From: Paraspadella gotoi
Lineage: Eukaryota; Animalia; Chaetognatha
DNA: 64,000 bases
Reading direction: 5' to 3'
NCBI GenBank assembly: GCA_051294375.1
Contig: CM119268.1
Location: forward strand, 15,280,172 to 15,344,171
Within the stretch, counting starts at the first letter, position 1, and each line of letters starts with the position of its first letter. Shown here in pieces: positions 51,179-63,862 of the stretch. A program made the translations under genes and the position numbers. Under the pieces are notes generated by a model, which did not search any database, was not told the origin of the DNA, and worked only from the letters and a program-made list of their open reading frames with translations.

Positions 51179-53929
51179 AGATTGCTTTAGGGTGAGAAGG
51201 GACGGGTCGCGAGAGAGTTAAAAAAGGGACGAAGGCGACGACGACGTCGACAACGAAATTATGACTTCGCGGAAAAAAAATTCCCGAAATATTTAGAATT
51301 CAATTTTTTTCTTTGGCTTTTTCAAAAAAGCAAATTTGAATTTTCAAAACTTTCAAATATGTATATTTGAGCAAACGTAGATTTCTCAATACTTCTCTCA
51401 CTTAATCACTGATAACTCTCGCACTTTCCATGACTCGCTTTTATCTCAAACCCTTCGTTATGATCAGAGGTCTTCCCCCCAATGGAATATGATAGAATAA
51501 CTCGCCTCCCTGCTTAAATCTCATCCCCTCATACCCTTTACCCCCTCCGCCCCCTTCCACACCCCTCCACCCTCCACCCGCCCTACGAATCGACGTACAG
51601 TCGGAACGGCGTCTCCCGAACTTCGAGGGAATTCGTTTCGCCGTCGTTTTGGGACGAATCCTGCCTAATTTACAGTGAAGCCTCCGGGACGCATTCTCGC
51701 CCGCGCGGCCGCTCGCCTCTCGCGCCTCCGTCGAGTTGCGCTCGGATTAGCAGAAGAGGTTTTCGCGTTTCTTAGCAACGGCGACTTTGTGGTGATGCAT
51801 ATTACTTAATATCCATGTGCGTTTGCTTCCGTTTAACTTTAAAAAGTCAGCTGAAACATCACAGGTTTTTGGACGAATCTCTAGTTTGTATATTGCAGTG
51901 CATTGAAAAAATTAATGCAATATACCAAAGTCTTACTTAATATTATTTATTTATTGAACGCATTGATAATTTTGTTGAACTAATTTCGTGTCAAAGAACT
52001 AAGACTGGTTGGAATGACTTTGTTCTGACTTTTAGTTACCTCAGAGAAGCCAATTATCATGAATGACAAAAAACACTTGTTATCTTATCGTCTCTGTACT
52101 TTTTACAAACGAAACGTGACGCCCTTAATCTCGCGATATAAAGTATTAATTTCCCGGCCACCAGAAATTCGCTCGCGTGACGTCGCCAACGAAATCACGT
52201 GACGCTGCGGCCGCATTTAACCGCGCAGCCTGCAGCTGCAGCCGCCGCGCGTCTCCGCATTGGGCGCCGCAATGATTCGGCGATTTGCTCGGTGACTGCC
52301 TCTCAGTCGCAGGTTAATCACGATCCGTGCCAATCCTTCAACGCGAAAGCCAATCGCAAGATTGACTCCTTCGGAGTGAACGGGGCTGATGGTCGCNNNN
52401 NNNNNNNNNNNNNNNNNNNNNNNNNNNNNNNNNNNNNNNNNNNNNNNNNNNNNNNNNNNNNNNNNNNNNNNNNNNNNNNNNNNNNNNNNNNNNNNNNNNN
52501 NNNNNNNNNNNNNNNNNNNNNNNNNNNNNNNNNNNNNNNNNNNNNNNNNNNNNNNNNNNNNNNNNNNNNNNNNNNNNNNNNNNNNNNNNNNNNNNNNNNN
52601 NNNNNNNNNNNNNNNNNNNNNNAAGAAAGAAAGAAAGAAAGAAAGAAAGAAGAAAGAAAAAAAGATAGATTTACCCAAGAGTCCAAACATTTAGAGATTG
52701 GGTTTTTTTGAAAGAGGCAACCGGAACGGTTTCTTTTCTAACCGTTTTTTTATTCTTCAAGAAAAGAAATGTGCCGCGCTTGTTCTCCAGTCAATTCACC
52801 AGCTTTTTAAACTCGAATTTTTCTTTTNNNNNNNNNNNNNNNNNNNNNNNNNNNNNNNNNNNNNNNNNNNNNNNNNNNNNNNNNNNNNNNNNNNNNNNNN
52901 NNNNNNNNNNNNNNNNNNNNNNNNNNNNNNNNNNNNNNNNNNNNNNNNNNNNNNNNNNNNNNNNNNNNNNNNNNNNNNNNNNNNNNNNNNNNNNNNNNNN
53001 NNNNNNNNNNNNNNNNNNNNNNNNNNNNNNNNNNNNNNNNNNNNNNNNNNNNNNNNNNNNNNNNNNNNNNNNNNNNNNNNNNNNNNNNNNNNNNNNNNNN
53101 NNNNNNNNNNNNNNNNNNNNNNNNNNNNNNNNNNNNNNNNNNNNNNNNNNNNNNNNNNNNNNNNNNNNNNNNNNNNNNNNNNNNNNNNNNNNNNNNNNNN
53201 NNNNNNNNNNNNNNNNNNNNNNNNNNNNNNNNNNNNNNNNNNNNNNNNNNNNNNNNNNNNNNNNNNNNNNNNNNNNNNNNNNNNNNNNNNNNNNNNNNNN
53301 NNNNNNNNNNNNNNNNNNNNNNNNNNNNNNNNNNNNNNNNNNNNNNNNNNNNNNNNNNNNNNNNNNNNNNNNNNNNNNNNNNNNNNNNNNNNNNNNNNNN
53401 NNNNNNNNNNNNNNNNNNNNNNNNNNNNNNNNNNNNNNNNNNNNNNNNNNNNNNNNNNNNNNNNNNNNNNNNNNNNNNNNNNNNNNNNNNNNNNNNNNNN
53501 NNNNNNNNNNNNNNNNNNNNNNNNNNNNNNNNNNNNNNNNNNNNNNNNNNNNNNNNNNNNNNNNNNGGGAGGGGGAAGAGGGATCGAATTTGGGCAGAGA
53601 GATTGAAGGAAAATTGTTGAATTGTAAAGAAATCGATTTGTAGTAATATTGATAATGACTACTATTACTATTACTATCAGGAAGATCAATGTAATTTATG
53701 CTTAGTTAATTGAAAAGGAAAAAAAAACTGCAAGGTGGAGAAATAATTATTCCATATGATTATAAAAAAATAATGAAAGGTAAGTAAACATGAAAAACTA
53801 ATATGTTGAAACCATAACATAATTACGATTATGCCCAAAACCCCAATATTAATCGTTTTAAACGAAGCCTATACGCAGGCAAGTTCACCCGGCGTTTCGG
53901 GTAAGTTTTCCCTAAGATTTTTTGGGTGA

Positions 53930-53978
<49 letters not shown>

Positions 53979-55852
53979 CGCTCGCGGGATTCGCGGCTAA
54001 CCAAGGATCGACGCTTGGAAACTTTTCTTGAAGAGGAGGGTTAAACATCCGTGCCCGTCGCTGGGGATAAATGGGGGGAGGGGAAGAGGCCAAGAGAATC
54101 CGCGGCCATCCCGCTTTAAGGTGAGGAAAATGGGTGGGGAAATGAGGGAAAATCCCGCCCTGAAATTCGGGCTGGGATTAGAGGAAAGTAAAGGCAGGGA
54201 TCATGGGGTAGGTAGTTGAAATATGGCTACTCGGAGCGTGGGATGGATGAAATATGTTTGGCAGCAGGGTTAGAATTTGGTGAGTTGACCGGTAAAGAAA
54301 AATGAAATTTAGCAGAAAAGATTAAAAAGAATAGAAAGAATTTATGCAGATTTTTGATGCTGAACAAAAATACGCCGCCTCAGTTGTCTCAACTGTTGAC
54401 GATTCCATTGCAAAGCATCGGCTGCTGTTGCGAGGTCGTCAGTGCTCTTGAGACTGCAGTCGACTGCCTTCGTGCCAGGATGCGATCTCAAAAAGAGAAT
54501 TTTTTGGTACCGAGATCGAGGGTGAGTCAAGTGGTGAATATGAGTAAATTATGAGAGTGAGAGATGAGGACGAACTGAGGAGACGAGTTGGAAAAAAGGG
54601 TTCGAAAGGCTTTTCGCGTTTGGGTGTCGGCCACGCCCATCGACGCCTGGGTCGACGGCGAATCCGTCCTCGTCTGCGGCTTCGGCGGCGTTGTCGGAAT
54701 CGGCGTATTTGTCGGTGTCGTTGTCGGAGTCCTCGAGGTTATCTGCGTTGTCGGTGTTTTTTGGCGGCGTTGGTGTCATCGTTAGCAAAGTCGTCATTGT
54801 TCGTCAAGGCGTCGTCGGCATCTTCGACGTCCCAAAGCCTAAATTGTATCCCTCGATTCCAACGAAAATCGACTTTTTCAAGTTTTTTTTCTCGAAAAAA
54901 AAATGGAAAAAAGTTGCATTGTTAATATTCTAACCATTGTTTAAGTCGATTGTTATTTGACATTAAAAATAATTTAGGAGAAAGCATGATAGAATATATA
55001 TAAATGAATTTGCTAAAAGTTTGAAAAAAAAAGTTGTCTTTCAATTTCAACAGTCGAATATTCATAAATATGCATGACGCCGCTCTTGATGTTTTAACCT
55101 CGACCATTTTTAGTCGGATTTTTTTTTTCAAACGTACACCATTTGCAACGCAACGCNNNNNNNNNNNNNNNNNNNNNNNNNCCTTCCACCCCCCGACCGA
55201 CCTCTATACATCGATTCAATTCTCCCTTTTTCCTTGGCGCCTCTCGCCAGTTCCCAGTTTTAACCTTTTTCCCACATTTTTTTTTTTGTAATTCGCCTTC
55301 TGTTTTTACCGTTTTTTCCTTCTTTTACATTTTTAGTTTGCGCCGCGAGTACTCGCCACAACGCTATGAGTCACTTTTTGTCAGTCGGTCTTCCACTCAC
55401 GTTAAAAATGCCCTCATAACTCGGGTAATGCCTCGGAAATATACGTGATAAGGAAGTCACTGCGGCGAAACGCACGTTGGAATCTCCGTTCTTGTTTTAC
55501 AACACGTGGCTTGACCTTCGCTGAGAAAGTCAAAGATGAGAGCCAATATAAAATATTACGAAAATTAGTAAGTTAGATGTTACGTACAGCCTTTTTTATT
55601 CGAAAAGCTAATGTCAGATTCCATATTTACATTTTTTATCCGATGATTATCACGTAAAAAGAGTAAAAATCTCGCTTTCCCTTCCTCCTTTCCCTTTTTT
55701 TCTTCCTACCTTTCTCCCTTCAACTTCTCATTCTTTTCCTTTCCTTCCTCCTCTCCCTATCTTTCTCCCCCCTCTCCTCTCTAATTCTCTCCTCTCTTTT
55801 CCCACCTCTCTGATTTTGTCCAACCGGGCGTTCCGACGCTCTTACGCGGTCA

Positions 55853-56278
55853 TTTTTGTGCCACTGTGGTCCCCACGGGCCTCCCTACTAACACATTCCC
55901 TGTGTTTCCATGGCCTAATTTTTGTGCCACTGTGGTCCCCACGGCCTCCCTACTAACACATTCCCTGTGTTTCCATGGCCTAATTTTTGTGCCACTGTGG
56001 TTCCCCACGGCCTCCCTACTAACACATTCCCTGTGTTTCCATGGCCTAATTTTTGTGCCACTGTGGTCCCCACGGCCTCCCTACTAACACATTCCCTGTG
56101 TTTCCATGGCCTAATTTTTGTGCCACTGTGGTCCCCACGGCCTCCTACTAACACATTCCCTGTGTTTCCATGGCCTATGCACGTTACGCACTAACATTCC
56201 TGTGTTTCCATGCTATTGTGCCACTGTGGTCCCCCACGGCTCCCTACTAACACATTCCCTGGTGATGTTCCATGGCCT
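55853..56278. repeat. 65-bp tandem minisatellite, about 6 copies
   Basis: Unit TTTTTGTGCCACTGTGGTCCCCACGGCCTCCCTACTAACACATTCCCTGTGTTTCCATGGCCTAA starts at 55853, 55919, 55984, 56050 and 56115, then degenerates. Confidence 0.95.
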
Positions 56279-56584
56279 CTCCTCTATAAAATTTCCCTTG
56301 GAGCTTCTCATGTACGAAAGTCAACCTCAATTAAGACCACGAAACTGGCTTTATTATTATCATTTGGCTTTTGTTACGGAACTTTGCTCGTGTAACGTAA
56401 ACTCTTTCAATTAATAGTCTCACCTCGTCAAACTCATAAACAAAGGCGAACTTACCATCTCAGCTCCTCTTTCCATTCCTATTTCTCACCGAAGAAAAGT
56501 AAACCCTCACCGCGACGACCCTCTGCCTTAATCTCCGGCCCATTACCCCCGGGGGGGGGGCACGAGTAGGCTCAGCATTATTAA

Positions 56585-57951
56585 AGCAGCCACCCTGCAA
56601 AATTCCCTAACTCCTCATTCGCCCTGCCAATCAAGTATGTATACACAGAGGCTCGAATTATAAGCACCACCCTGCAAAATTCCCTAACTCCTCATTCGCC
56701 CTGCCAATCAAGTATGTATACACAGAGGCTCGAATTATTAAGCACCACCCTGCAAAATTCCCTAACTCCTCATTCGCCCTTGCCAATCAAGTATGTATAC
56801 ACAGAGGCTCGAATTATAAGCACCACCCTGCAAAATTCCCTAACTCCTCATTCGCCCTGCCAATCAAGTATGTATACACAGAGGCTCGAATTATAAGCAC
56901 CACCCTGCAAAATTCCTAACTCCTCATTCGCCCTGCCAATCAAGTATGTATACACAGAGGCTCGAATTATAAGCACCACCCTGCAAAATTCCCTAACTCC
57001 TCATGTCGCTCCTGCCAATCAAGTATGTATACACAGAGGCTCGAATTATAAGCACCACCCTGCAAAATTCCCTAACTCCTCATTCGCCCTGCCAATCAAG
57101 TATGTATACACAGAGGCTCGAATTATAAGCACCACCCTGCAAAATTCCCTAACTCCTCATTCGCCTGCCAATCAAGTATGTATACACAGAGGCTCGAATT
57201 ATAAGCACCACCCTGCAAAATTCCCTAACTCCTCATTCGCCCTGCCAATCAAGTATGTATACACAAGAGGCTCGAATTATACAGCACCACCCTGCAAAAT
57301 TCCCTAACTCCTCATTCGCCCTGCCAATCTAAGTATGTATACACAAGAGGCTCGAATTATAAGCACCACCCTGCAAATTCCCTAACTCCTTCATTCGCCC
57401 TGCCAATTCAAGTTATGTATACACAGAGGCTCGAATTTATAAGCACCACCCTGCAAATTCCCTAACTCCTCATTCGCCCTGCCAATCAAGTATGTATACA
57501 CAGAGGCTCGAATTATAAGCACCACCCTGCAAAATCCCTAACTCCTCATTCGCCCTGCCAATCAAGTATGTATACACAGAGGCTCGAATTATAAGCACCA
57601 CCTGCAAAAATTCCCTAACTCCTCATTCGCCCTGCCAATCAAGTATGTATACCACAGAGGCTCGAATTATAAGCACCACCCTGCAAAATTCCCTAACTCC
57701 TCATTCCGCCCTGCCAATCAAGTATTGTATACACAGAGGCTCGAATTATAAGCACCACCCTGCAAAATTCCCTAACTCCTCATTCGCCCTGCCAATCAAG
57801 TATGTTATACACAGAGGGCTCGATATTATAAGCACCACCCTGCAAAATTCCCTAACTCCTCATTCGCCCTGCCAATCAAGTATGTATACACAGAGGCTCG
57901 AATTATAAGCACCACCCTGCAAAATTCCCTAACTCCTCATTCGCCCTGCCA
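56585..57951. repeat. 77-bp tandem satellite array, about 17-18 near-identical copies
   Basis: Unit AGCACCACCCTGCAAAATTCCCTAACTCCTCATTCGCCCTGCCAATCAAGTATGTATACACAGAGGCTCGAATTATA, head-to-tail with no spacers; differences are almost all single-base indels. Confidence 0.97.
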
Positions 57952-58488
57952 TTTTGCTTGAGGCACCATCCACCCACCACCTTTTTTTATCTGGTTTAAT
58001 TTATTAGACAAGAAGATTATGTTACCACAAGCCAATTTTATTTTTCCTTAGAACGAATGATTATAGAATATATTTTCTTGAATGTAATTTGTTTTAAAAA
58101 AAGATATTATACTAAATATTTTCATAGAATGTTTAAAATACCTTTAATAACCAAAATGAAAAAAAAATCCAAATGTACTTTTTATATGGGTTTTTGATTC
58201 TCTGCAATATGCAAATAATTTTATTATCGTAAGTTCATTATTGCTTTTTGTCGTCTTTATCGTCGTCATCTTTCGTCGTGTCTTCGACGTCGTCTTCGTC
58301 GTCATCTATGCCGTCGTTTTTAATCGTTTGTCTTCTTTGTTGTTGTCGTCGGTTTTCTTCTTCCAATCAGTCAATCAAAAACTTACGTAGAAAGCCATTT
58401 GCAGATTTGCAGATTTACACTTTAAAACTGATTCACTGATTCACACAAGAAAAGCGAAAAAAAAGTGAATAAAAAAATTTTAAAGAGA

Positions 58489-58519
<31 letters not shown>

Positions 58520-58671
58520 GTCAAGAGAGAGAGAAGAGAGATAGAGAGAGACAGAGAGAGAAAGAAAAAAGAAGCTGGACAGACGCCTCCAGAGCCGGAA
58601 CTCGTTTACTCGTTTACTAGTGACGGTGGTGAAATCTAGGTCAAGACGATTGAACTTTATTTTATTTTATT

Positions 58672-59068
58672 ATCTCTATAATTCACTTTGTCAGTCCGTC
58701 GGTCCGCCCCATCTATCTTGTTGGGCCATTCACTTACATAATGTCAGAACATCGAATTATGATAAATTATGTGTCTGTCTGTCTGTCAGTCCCACCTTAG
58801 CAAATTACTCGTGATTGGATGGATGGATTGGAATGAAATTTTGTGTGTGGTCGGTAGGGAAGTGTCTGATTGAGCTGGATATGAAGTTTCGATGGAATCG
58901 TCCGAGTGGAAATGGTTTAAATGGAAAAAACTAAAAAATATAATTCACTATTTGAACACCAATTACTCATGAGTGGATGGGCGATTGACTTGAAATTTTT
59001 TATTTGGGTAGAAAGTGTGTGATTGAGCAAGAAATAAAGTTTCGATGGAATCGTTTGAGTGGAAATGA
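58672..59068 (+). mobile_element. Non-autonomous Helitron/Helentron-like (DINE-1/Lep1-type) relic
   Basis: Starts A|TCTCTATA after a T-rich run, then (GTCT)n at ~58773-58790, then a TACTC..TGGATGG..GATTG..TGAAATTTT block repeated twice (58802-58916 and 58960-59068). This layout is typical of that element class. The 3' end was not identified. Confidence 0.4.
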
Positions 59069-59144
59069 GTTCAAATAGAAAAAAAAACAAAGAACCTGTT
59101 TTCACTAATTGATTATGCTTCTTTTTCTTTAAATGTAAATGCAA

Positions 59145-59362
59145 GATGTATTAATTAATCAAATAATTAATCAGTTAATTAATCAATTAGTCAATTAATT
59201 AATCAATAATTAATTAGTCAGTCAATTAATCAATTATAACAAACATTTCGGATCAAATTAATAAATTAATTGTCTAATTGATTAAATAATTAACCTGAAT
59301 AAATTAATTATTAATTAATTAAATAATTAATTAACTTGAATTAATTATTAATTAATTAATTA
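59145..59362. repeat. AT-rich (TTAAT/TTAATCAA) low-complexity tract
   Basis: Direct reading. Confidence 0.75.
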
Positions 59363-60045
59363 CCGATAATGTTTGTTGCAGATCAGACATTGTTTGTTCA
59401 AACTTGTTTTATACTCGTAACGTTTCCGTTGCCATCGAAACGCGTTATTAGGTCATGTTCCTCGACATTGTTTACTCGTTGCCCCGCAATGGCCACGAAA
59501 TCTATGTTATTGTATTTTGGATTTTGTATTGAGAAAAAAGCGCGGAATAAATGGCAATAATAAAAGTTTTTAGAAGGAAAAAAACAATCAGAATTTTTCA
59601 AAAAACGAACGATCACGCCAAGAGATCGTATAGACAGAGACAGGGAGAGAGAGAGAGAGAGACAGAGAGAGAGAGAGAAAGTTTTCCCGCCAACGAGACG
59701 CATTATAAGGTCACTTTCGTTTATATCGTATCAAGTTCTCGACATTGTTTACTCGTTGCCCCGCAACGGCCACGAAATCCAGGTCAAGAGAGAAAAGCGC
59801 GGACTAAATGGCGATAATAAAGTTTTTTATAAGGAAAAAAATATTCAGAGAGAGAGAGAGAGAGAGAGAAAAAAAAGAGAGAGAGAGAGAGAGATAGAGA
59901 GAAGCTGCACAGCCGCTGGACGCCGCGCAGAGCCGAACTCGTTTTATATATATTTGTTCTTTCCAATATCTTTCTCTTTCTCTCACTACTAAGTAATAAC
60001 TCTTTCTTTCTTTCTTTCTTTCTTTCTTTCAATCTCACTCACTCA

Positions 60046-60100
<55 letters not shown>

Positions 60101-60157
60101 GAGCTCTCTCATGCTTTCTATCAGCCACGAGTTCTCTCTTTCTCTCTTTTTCTCTCT

Positions 60158-60217
<60 letters not shown>

Positions 60218-61954
60218 TACTTTGTTTTCTCTTCTCTATTCCCCTTCTTTTCAAATTTTTCGTACAAAAAATAAGAGATTTCAGATTCCCCGTTCTTTCT
60301 TTATATACTTTTTTGAATTAACAACCTGATTGGAAATGCTTATATCTCGATTTAAAATAAAATCGCTAAAAAATCGCTAAGTACCGATGATCTAAGGACA
60401 TTTTCCTAGTGGATAGAAGTACCAAATATGCCCGGTCATTTTAAACCTGGTAAACGAGTAATTGAAAGAATGAGAAAGTTTTCTACTTTTTCTAGTTAAT
60501 TTATATAGAAATAAAAATAATTCCTGCAATAGAGCTCTTCAATGAGAAAATCCACATCTCCCTATAAAAATAATAATAGCTAATTTCGCATTAATACAAG
60601 GTAAAGAGACATAATCCTAAACAATTAAAACTAATTTAAAATCCCCTCCAGTTAAACTGAATTAAAACGAGCACTTTGAATTCAAAAAACCACTTTTTTA
60701 TGAATTTGAGGGAAATTTTTTAGTGGGGTAATGTATAGAAAACCACCATCGTCCAAACCAAACCTTTCTCAAAGTCTCTGACCTTGGTGTAGGTTATAGG
60801 GCAGGAAACCAGCTTTCTATCGCCATATGATAATATAAAAATTATTATTGGTTAAGAGGAACCATATCAAGTTAAAAAAATAATTTACTCGGGTTAAGAC
60901 ATGTAAATAGATAGGTTAGGTTCTAGAAAAGATAGGTTGAGAATCTTACAATTTATTTTTGGATATAACTGTCGGAGACCATCTAGTTCACATCTATCCT
61001 GCAAAATTCGACTTTTAGGAAAGTCAGTCATAGACTTTAAACAGGGTCTTGAACCAGAGTGGGGGGGGCTCCGCCTCGCCCCGACCGTGCCTCACGCCCC
61101 TACTGGCTCCTCACCTAGCCCGCCAAACGCCACCCCGCCCCCTCTTTTCCTCGCCTCCTCGGCTTCGGGACGATTTGTGTGTCAACGATGAGCCCCTGGG
61201 GAAGGCAAAGGCCATAGGAGAGTGAAACGCTATGGCTGGCTGGCGGGGGAGGAAGGGAGGGTTCGGAGTATAGAAGGGAGGGAGTTAAAGGTTTACATTA
61301 TTAGACCTGGGTTAATGTCGAGTTTTATTTACTTTTTTGGCGCGTTAAAGTTTAAATATATGGACATTTCTTTTTGATACGAAAAGATGGATTTAATTAT
61401 TCACAATTTAGATGTACAACACCGTCCATAATTTTTCATTTTAAAGGAGGGTACACGTACGCACAAAGTCCTTCATTGTAACTTACTGTAAGTTTAATAA
61501 CGTTTATAACCACATGATAACTAACTTAACATCTTTTAAAACGTCATAGATAATACATTAGATGGATTGTGCGACGAGTTTTAATATAACTTTTATATAT
61601 ATTCTAATAGCACTTCTATGTAACATATTTTTTTAAAAAAATATTATGGGAATTGAGGTGACGCTGGCCGCGAAAATTTAATTAAATGTTCAATTTGATC
61701 GAAAATTTATTGAAAGTATTCTCTGAAAATGTCTAATCGGAGTTAAAGAATCGCCTATATTTTACCTATTTTGATACAATTTATTTATTTGCTAAATCGG
61801 AGTCTTCACTTAGATATTCTTGTCGTCGTCGTTTTCATCTTTTCATCGTTATCGTCGTTTCACTTCTTCGTTATCGTCATTCGTTGTCGAAAGAGATTCC
61901 CTACCCGGTCCCGAGAGAGAGATGATGAAGCGACGAGGCACAAAGGTGGGATTC

Positions 61955-62023
<69 letters not shown>

Positions 62024-62463
62024 CTCTCTCGTCTCTCTCTGGGATGGTGAACGGGGGAGCGTTGCAGGGACGAGGACCGAGGTAAGGCAAAGGTCAGGTT
62101 CCTTGTCTCGGAGCAGCAGGTGGAAAAGTCAGGACGCGAAAACCGAAAACAAAGTTGAGAAGGAAAGAATTTCCTTTCCCTCGAGACGCGAGTCTTTATT
62201 TACTCTGAGAAGAAGAACCAACGATTTTTTTTCTTATTATTTTTATACCCTTTTTTTTTCGAAGCCTCCTTCACTAGCTCCACGGTCTTTTAAAAACTAT
62301 TAGAAAATTCTCGGAATTATTATTTAACGATTGTTAAAAATACGATTAAAAATAGTGTAATGTAGCGGTAGTATTTCATACCCTGCTACTCGTGGAAACT
62401 TGTGGAAACTTATCTCCACTTTTTACTCACGCGTTTTATCGATTTACGTTTCTTTCACTCATT

Positions 62464-62705
62464 TTTTCCTTTCCTCCCTGTCACTCCTTCCTCCATCTTC
62501 CCTTTCCTTTCCTCCCTCTCACTCCTCCTCCATCTATCCTTTCCTTTCTCCCTCTCACTCCTTCCTCAATCTTCTCTTCCTTTCCTCCCTCTCACTCCTT
62601 CCTCCATCTTCCCTTTCCTTTCCTCCCTCTCACTCCTTCCTCCATCTTCCCTTTCCTTTTCTCCCTCTCACTCCTTCCTCCATGTTCTCTTTCCTTTCCT
62701 CCCTC
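62464..62705. repeat. ~38-bp polypyrimidine minisatellite, about 6 copies
   Basis: Unit approximately TTTCCTTTCCTCCCTCTCACTCCTTCCTCCATCTTCCC. Confidence 0.85.
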
Positions 62706-62855
62706 TTTCCAGCCCTTCTCTAATCCCGCATTCATGATGTCACGACTAAATTTCCCCTTTCAAGGTTTTAAGGATGTACAACAATTTTGCCAGACCTTTT
62801 TATATGAGCCTCTTAAAATGGAAAGTGAAGCGAGAAAAGAAGAGAGGAGAGAGAG

Positions 62856-62905
<50 letters not shown>

Positions 62906-63026
62906 GAGACAACGAGAGAGAGAGAGAGAGGCGAGGAAAGGAGAGGAGCAGAGAGACAGACGGAAATCGACCTCCAAACACAAAAGCATACAAAAATCGA
63001 AACTATAATAATTATAATAACTATAA

Positions 63027-63862
63027 TACTCTGGGAGTGAATAAACGAGACTGTGAGAGAGTCTTGATTGAAAGCTTGCAGGGACCTGCTATGTCATTAT
63101 CTTGTAAGAGTGATGGAGGCCTTAAACCACCAAAGCCTGTCCAGAGTCAGGGGCAAGATAGCTTATTTATTAAATGAATGGATAATTTTTATATTTGGTT
63201 GTACCAATTTCATAAAAATTCAGCTCCTTGTATTTGATGCTAGTGGCGGAGTACAATAAGTATTCCCCGATCTAATACTTAAGGGAGTGGTCTTTTCATA
63301 CAATTGAAACATTCTTTGAATATTATACCACTTCATTGATAGGGAAGCCAGGTACTCTGGGAGTGAATAAACGAGACTGTGAGAGAGTCTTGATTGAAGC
63401 TTGCAGGGACCTTGCTATGTCATTATCTTGTAAGAGTGATGGAGGCCTTAAACCACAAGCCTGTCCAAAGTCAGGGGCAAGATAGCTTATTTATTAAATG
63501 AATGGATAATTTTTATATTGGTTGTACCAATTTCATAAAATTCAGCTCCTTGTATTTTGATGCTAGTGCGGAGTACAATAAGTATTCCCGATCTAATACT
63601 TAAGGGAGTAGTCTTTTTCATACAATTGAAACATTCTTTGAAATATTATACCACTTCATTGATAGGGAAGCCAGGTACTCTGGGAGTGAATAAACGAGAC
63701 TGTGAGAGAGTCTTGATTGAAAGCTTGCAGGGACCTGCTATGTCATTATCTTGTAAGAGTGATGGAGGCCTTAAACCACCAAAGCCTGTCCAAAGGTCAG
63801 GGGCAAGATAGCTTATTATTAAATGAATGGATAATTTCTTATATTGGTTGTACCAATTTCAT
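63027..63862. repeat. ~325-bp tandem repeat, about 2.6 copies
   Basis: TACTCTGGGAGTGAATAAACGAGAC starts at 63027, 63353 and 63676; the third copy stops at TACCAATTTCAT (~63862). Confidence 0.95.

Larger units (their letters stand above)
19188..55181. other. Assembly gaps (N runs)
   Basis: 19188-19928, 20103-20333, 26241-26265, 28621-28727, 29346-29502, 49217-49241, 50050-50243, 52397-52622, 52828-53566, 55157-55181. Three of them are exactly 25 N. Confidence 0.99.
3790..62930. repeat. Dispersed (GA)n/(TC)n microsatellites (dozens of tracts)
   Basis: Examples: 3790-3865, 5949-6005, 14695-14760, 22312-22410, 31178-31250, 51130-51174, 53932-53976, 60050-60215, 62845-62930. Confidence 0.95.

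Noticed and set aside
56546-56566. CCCGGGGGGGGGGCAC as a DNA-transposon terminal inverted repeat
   Set aside because: No matching inverted partner was found in the window.
55853-57951. Tandem arrays as CRISPR arrays
   Set aside because: Units are identical head-to-tail with no variable spacers, there are no cas genes, and the context is eukaryotic.
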